From positions 124,001 through 188,000 of the forward strand of contig AP039698.1 of NCBI GenBank assembly GCA_051599415.1: a DNA stretch of 64,000 nt, in the 5' to 3' direction. The position numbers were made by a program, and so were the translations under genes. Shown here piece by piece: positions 62,648-64,000 of this stretch. Positions within the stretch are counted from its first letter, which is position 1. Each line of letters starts with the position of its first letter. Under the pieces are notes generated by a model, which ran no database searches, was not told the origin of the DNA, and worked only from the letters and a program-made list of their open reading frames with translations. The DNA is from Savitreella phatthalungensis. Its lineage: Eukaryota.

Positions 62648-64000
62648 CTGTTCGTCGTGATGTCGCTCAAGTGGTGGCTGAACCACGTTCGCGTTGTCTG
62701 TTTCAGAGTGTCAGCCTCAGCACTAATTCGTGAGACGGAAGTGGACCGGTCGGTAAGCCGAACCTGCCGGAGTATTACGTACCTGACATGCTGTATTGGC
62801 TGTCGAAGGGTCACAAAACACAATCAGCGAGACTTGATAGAGGTCTGGAGTCGCGTGAATCCGCGTGATTGGGGACTGCGTCGAAGTGGAGGATCGAGGA
62901 TTGGGCGCGACGCTAGAGATCACGCTTTTGAGACGCGTTCCTTGCTATTGCGAGAGGTGACAAAGGATGTAAAGGAAGGGAGAGAGTCTCGCTGGCGGTC
63001 AGAGCGGACAATGGCCGGTATGCAGTGTCAAAGACTGGATGACCGGGGGTGTGAAGATGCGGAGGAATGGTGCACTAGAGCCTGAGCCTGACCCAGAGTC
63101 TATATCGACGAAAGATATCCGTAGAGCAGAGAGATGACGATCAGATTTCGACTGGGAGGACTTTGTTGAATGTATGGATGGCGGGGGAGTGGTTGCTGCG
63201 GAGGATTGCCTGCGTCGCGTACAAGCTACGCTATGCTACGGTACGCTAAGCTACGCACTTACAGAATACGCTATACAGAGAGAGTGCCGTACTGACTGTA
63301 CAAGTATGCAGCAGGAGAGCTGTGCTGTATTCAGTGTTTATGGTAGGAGAGGCTATTATACTTGACTGTATTCTATTCCATCCATTGTACTGTATACTGT
63401 ATGTACTATGCAGTGCAGGGTAGTGGAGCTGACTTGATTGATTTGATTGAATCAATCTGACCTTGGTCTGTTTGGACTCAAAATTGATCGAAATTCATTT
63501 CAATTCACTCGACATCTTCCATACTGTGCTCAGATACAGCTTTGACAGACTCGATTTTATTGATGTCTTTTGAGCTAGACGCGCCTCCCTTCCACCGTAG
63601 CACGTCTCTAATCACAGACAAATTCATAGTATACTGCAATAGCAAGTACAAGCTTCATTTTCAATCAATTACACAGAGTATCATTATAGGATTTCCTTTT
63701 CGAATTAGCTTCAGCAGTAGAGCTGATCACGAGTACTTTACATGGATGAGATTTCAAATTAAAATTCGAATCATGATCGATCCACTGTCCAGGCTCTGTA
63801 GATCTCGATTTCGAATTAACCTCGCAAGCGAGCTCCACTCTGTCTTGGGGCCCAAATTCTATTCTCTTGCCCGCACCCTCTTCAATGTCTGATCTGAAAT
63901 CGATCATGATCGATGTATTCGTAGTAATTCAGTACCATATGCACACACAGAACAAGTGATCGTGCAGAGCGTAAGAGAACATACGACGATTCTACTTCTA

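Noticed and set aside
1..64000. CRISPR arrays, rRNA, spliceosomal snRNAs and prokaryotic defence systems
   Set aside because: The sequence is eukaryotic with spliceosomal introns. No repeat-spacer arrays or U1/U2/U5/U6 signature sequences were seen.

Overview
This is gene-dense fungal (ascomycete) nuclear DNA, not prokaryotic. Most genes have no introns. The few introns are short (47-74 nt), of GT..CTRAC..AG type, with a short branch-to-acceptor distance. Gene content and intron style suggest a yeast-like Taphrinomycotina species, but that is inference only. About 31 protein-coding genes are supported: HSP12, a Zn/NADP alcohol dehydrogenase, a histidine acid phosphatase, a GST, a DUF1764-type protein, a stand-alone tandem-GAF protein, PML1/SNIP1, TVP15, JJJ1, a Grainyhead/CP2 factor, a GT34 glycosyltransferase, PTH4/ICT1, a permuted NlpC/P60-like protein, a PPR protein, DCG1, an F-box/YccV protein, LPD1, an acyltransferase-3, CHO1, WSC1, PRS1, a NAB3-like protein, CAB2, PAC10, SPT7, an SPX-RING ligase, RKI1, a chromodomain-like orphan, the septin CDC3 and two unassigned ORFs. 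I found no tRNA, rRNA, CRISPR array or transposon. The best leads are: a permuted papain-like protein whose catalytic Cys appears replaced; an uncharacterised chromodomain protein; a GAF sensor with no output domain; a uORF/intron switch before the SPX-RING gene; a non-AUG mitochondrial-like extension on RKI1; a dual-frame exon in the GST; and a candidate structured RNA at about 43.4 kb. All product calls come from motif recognition by eye; no searches were run.
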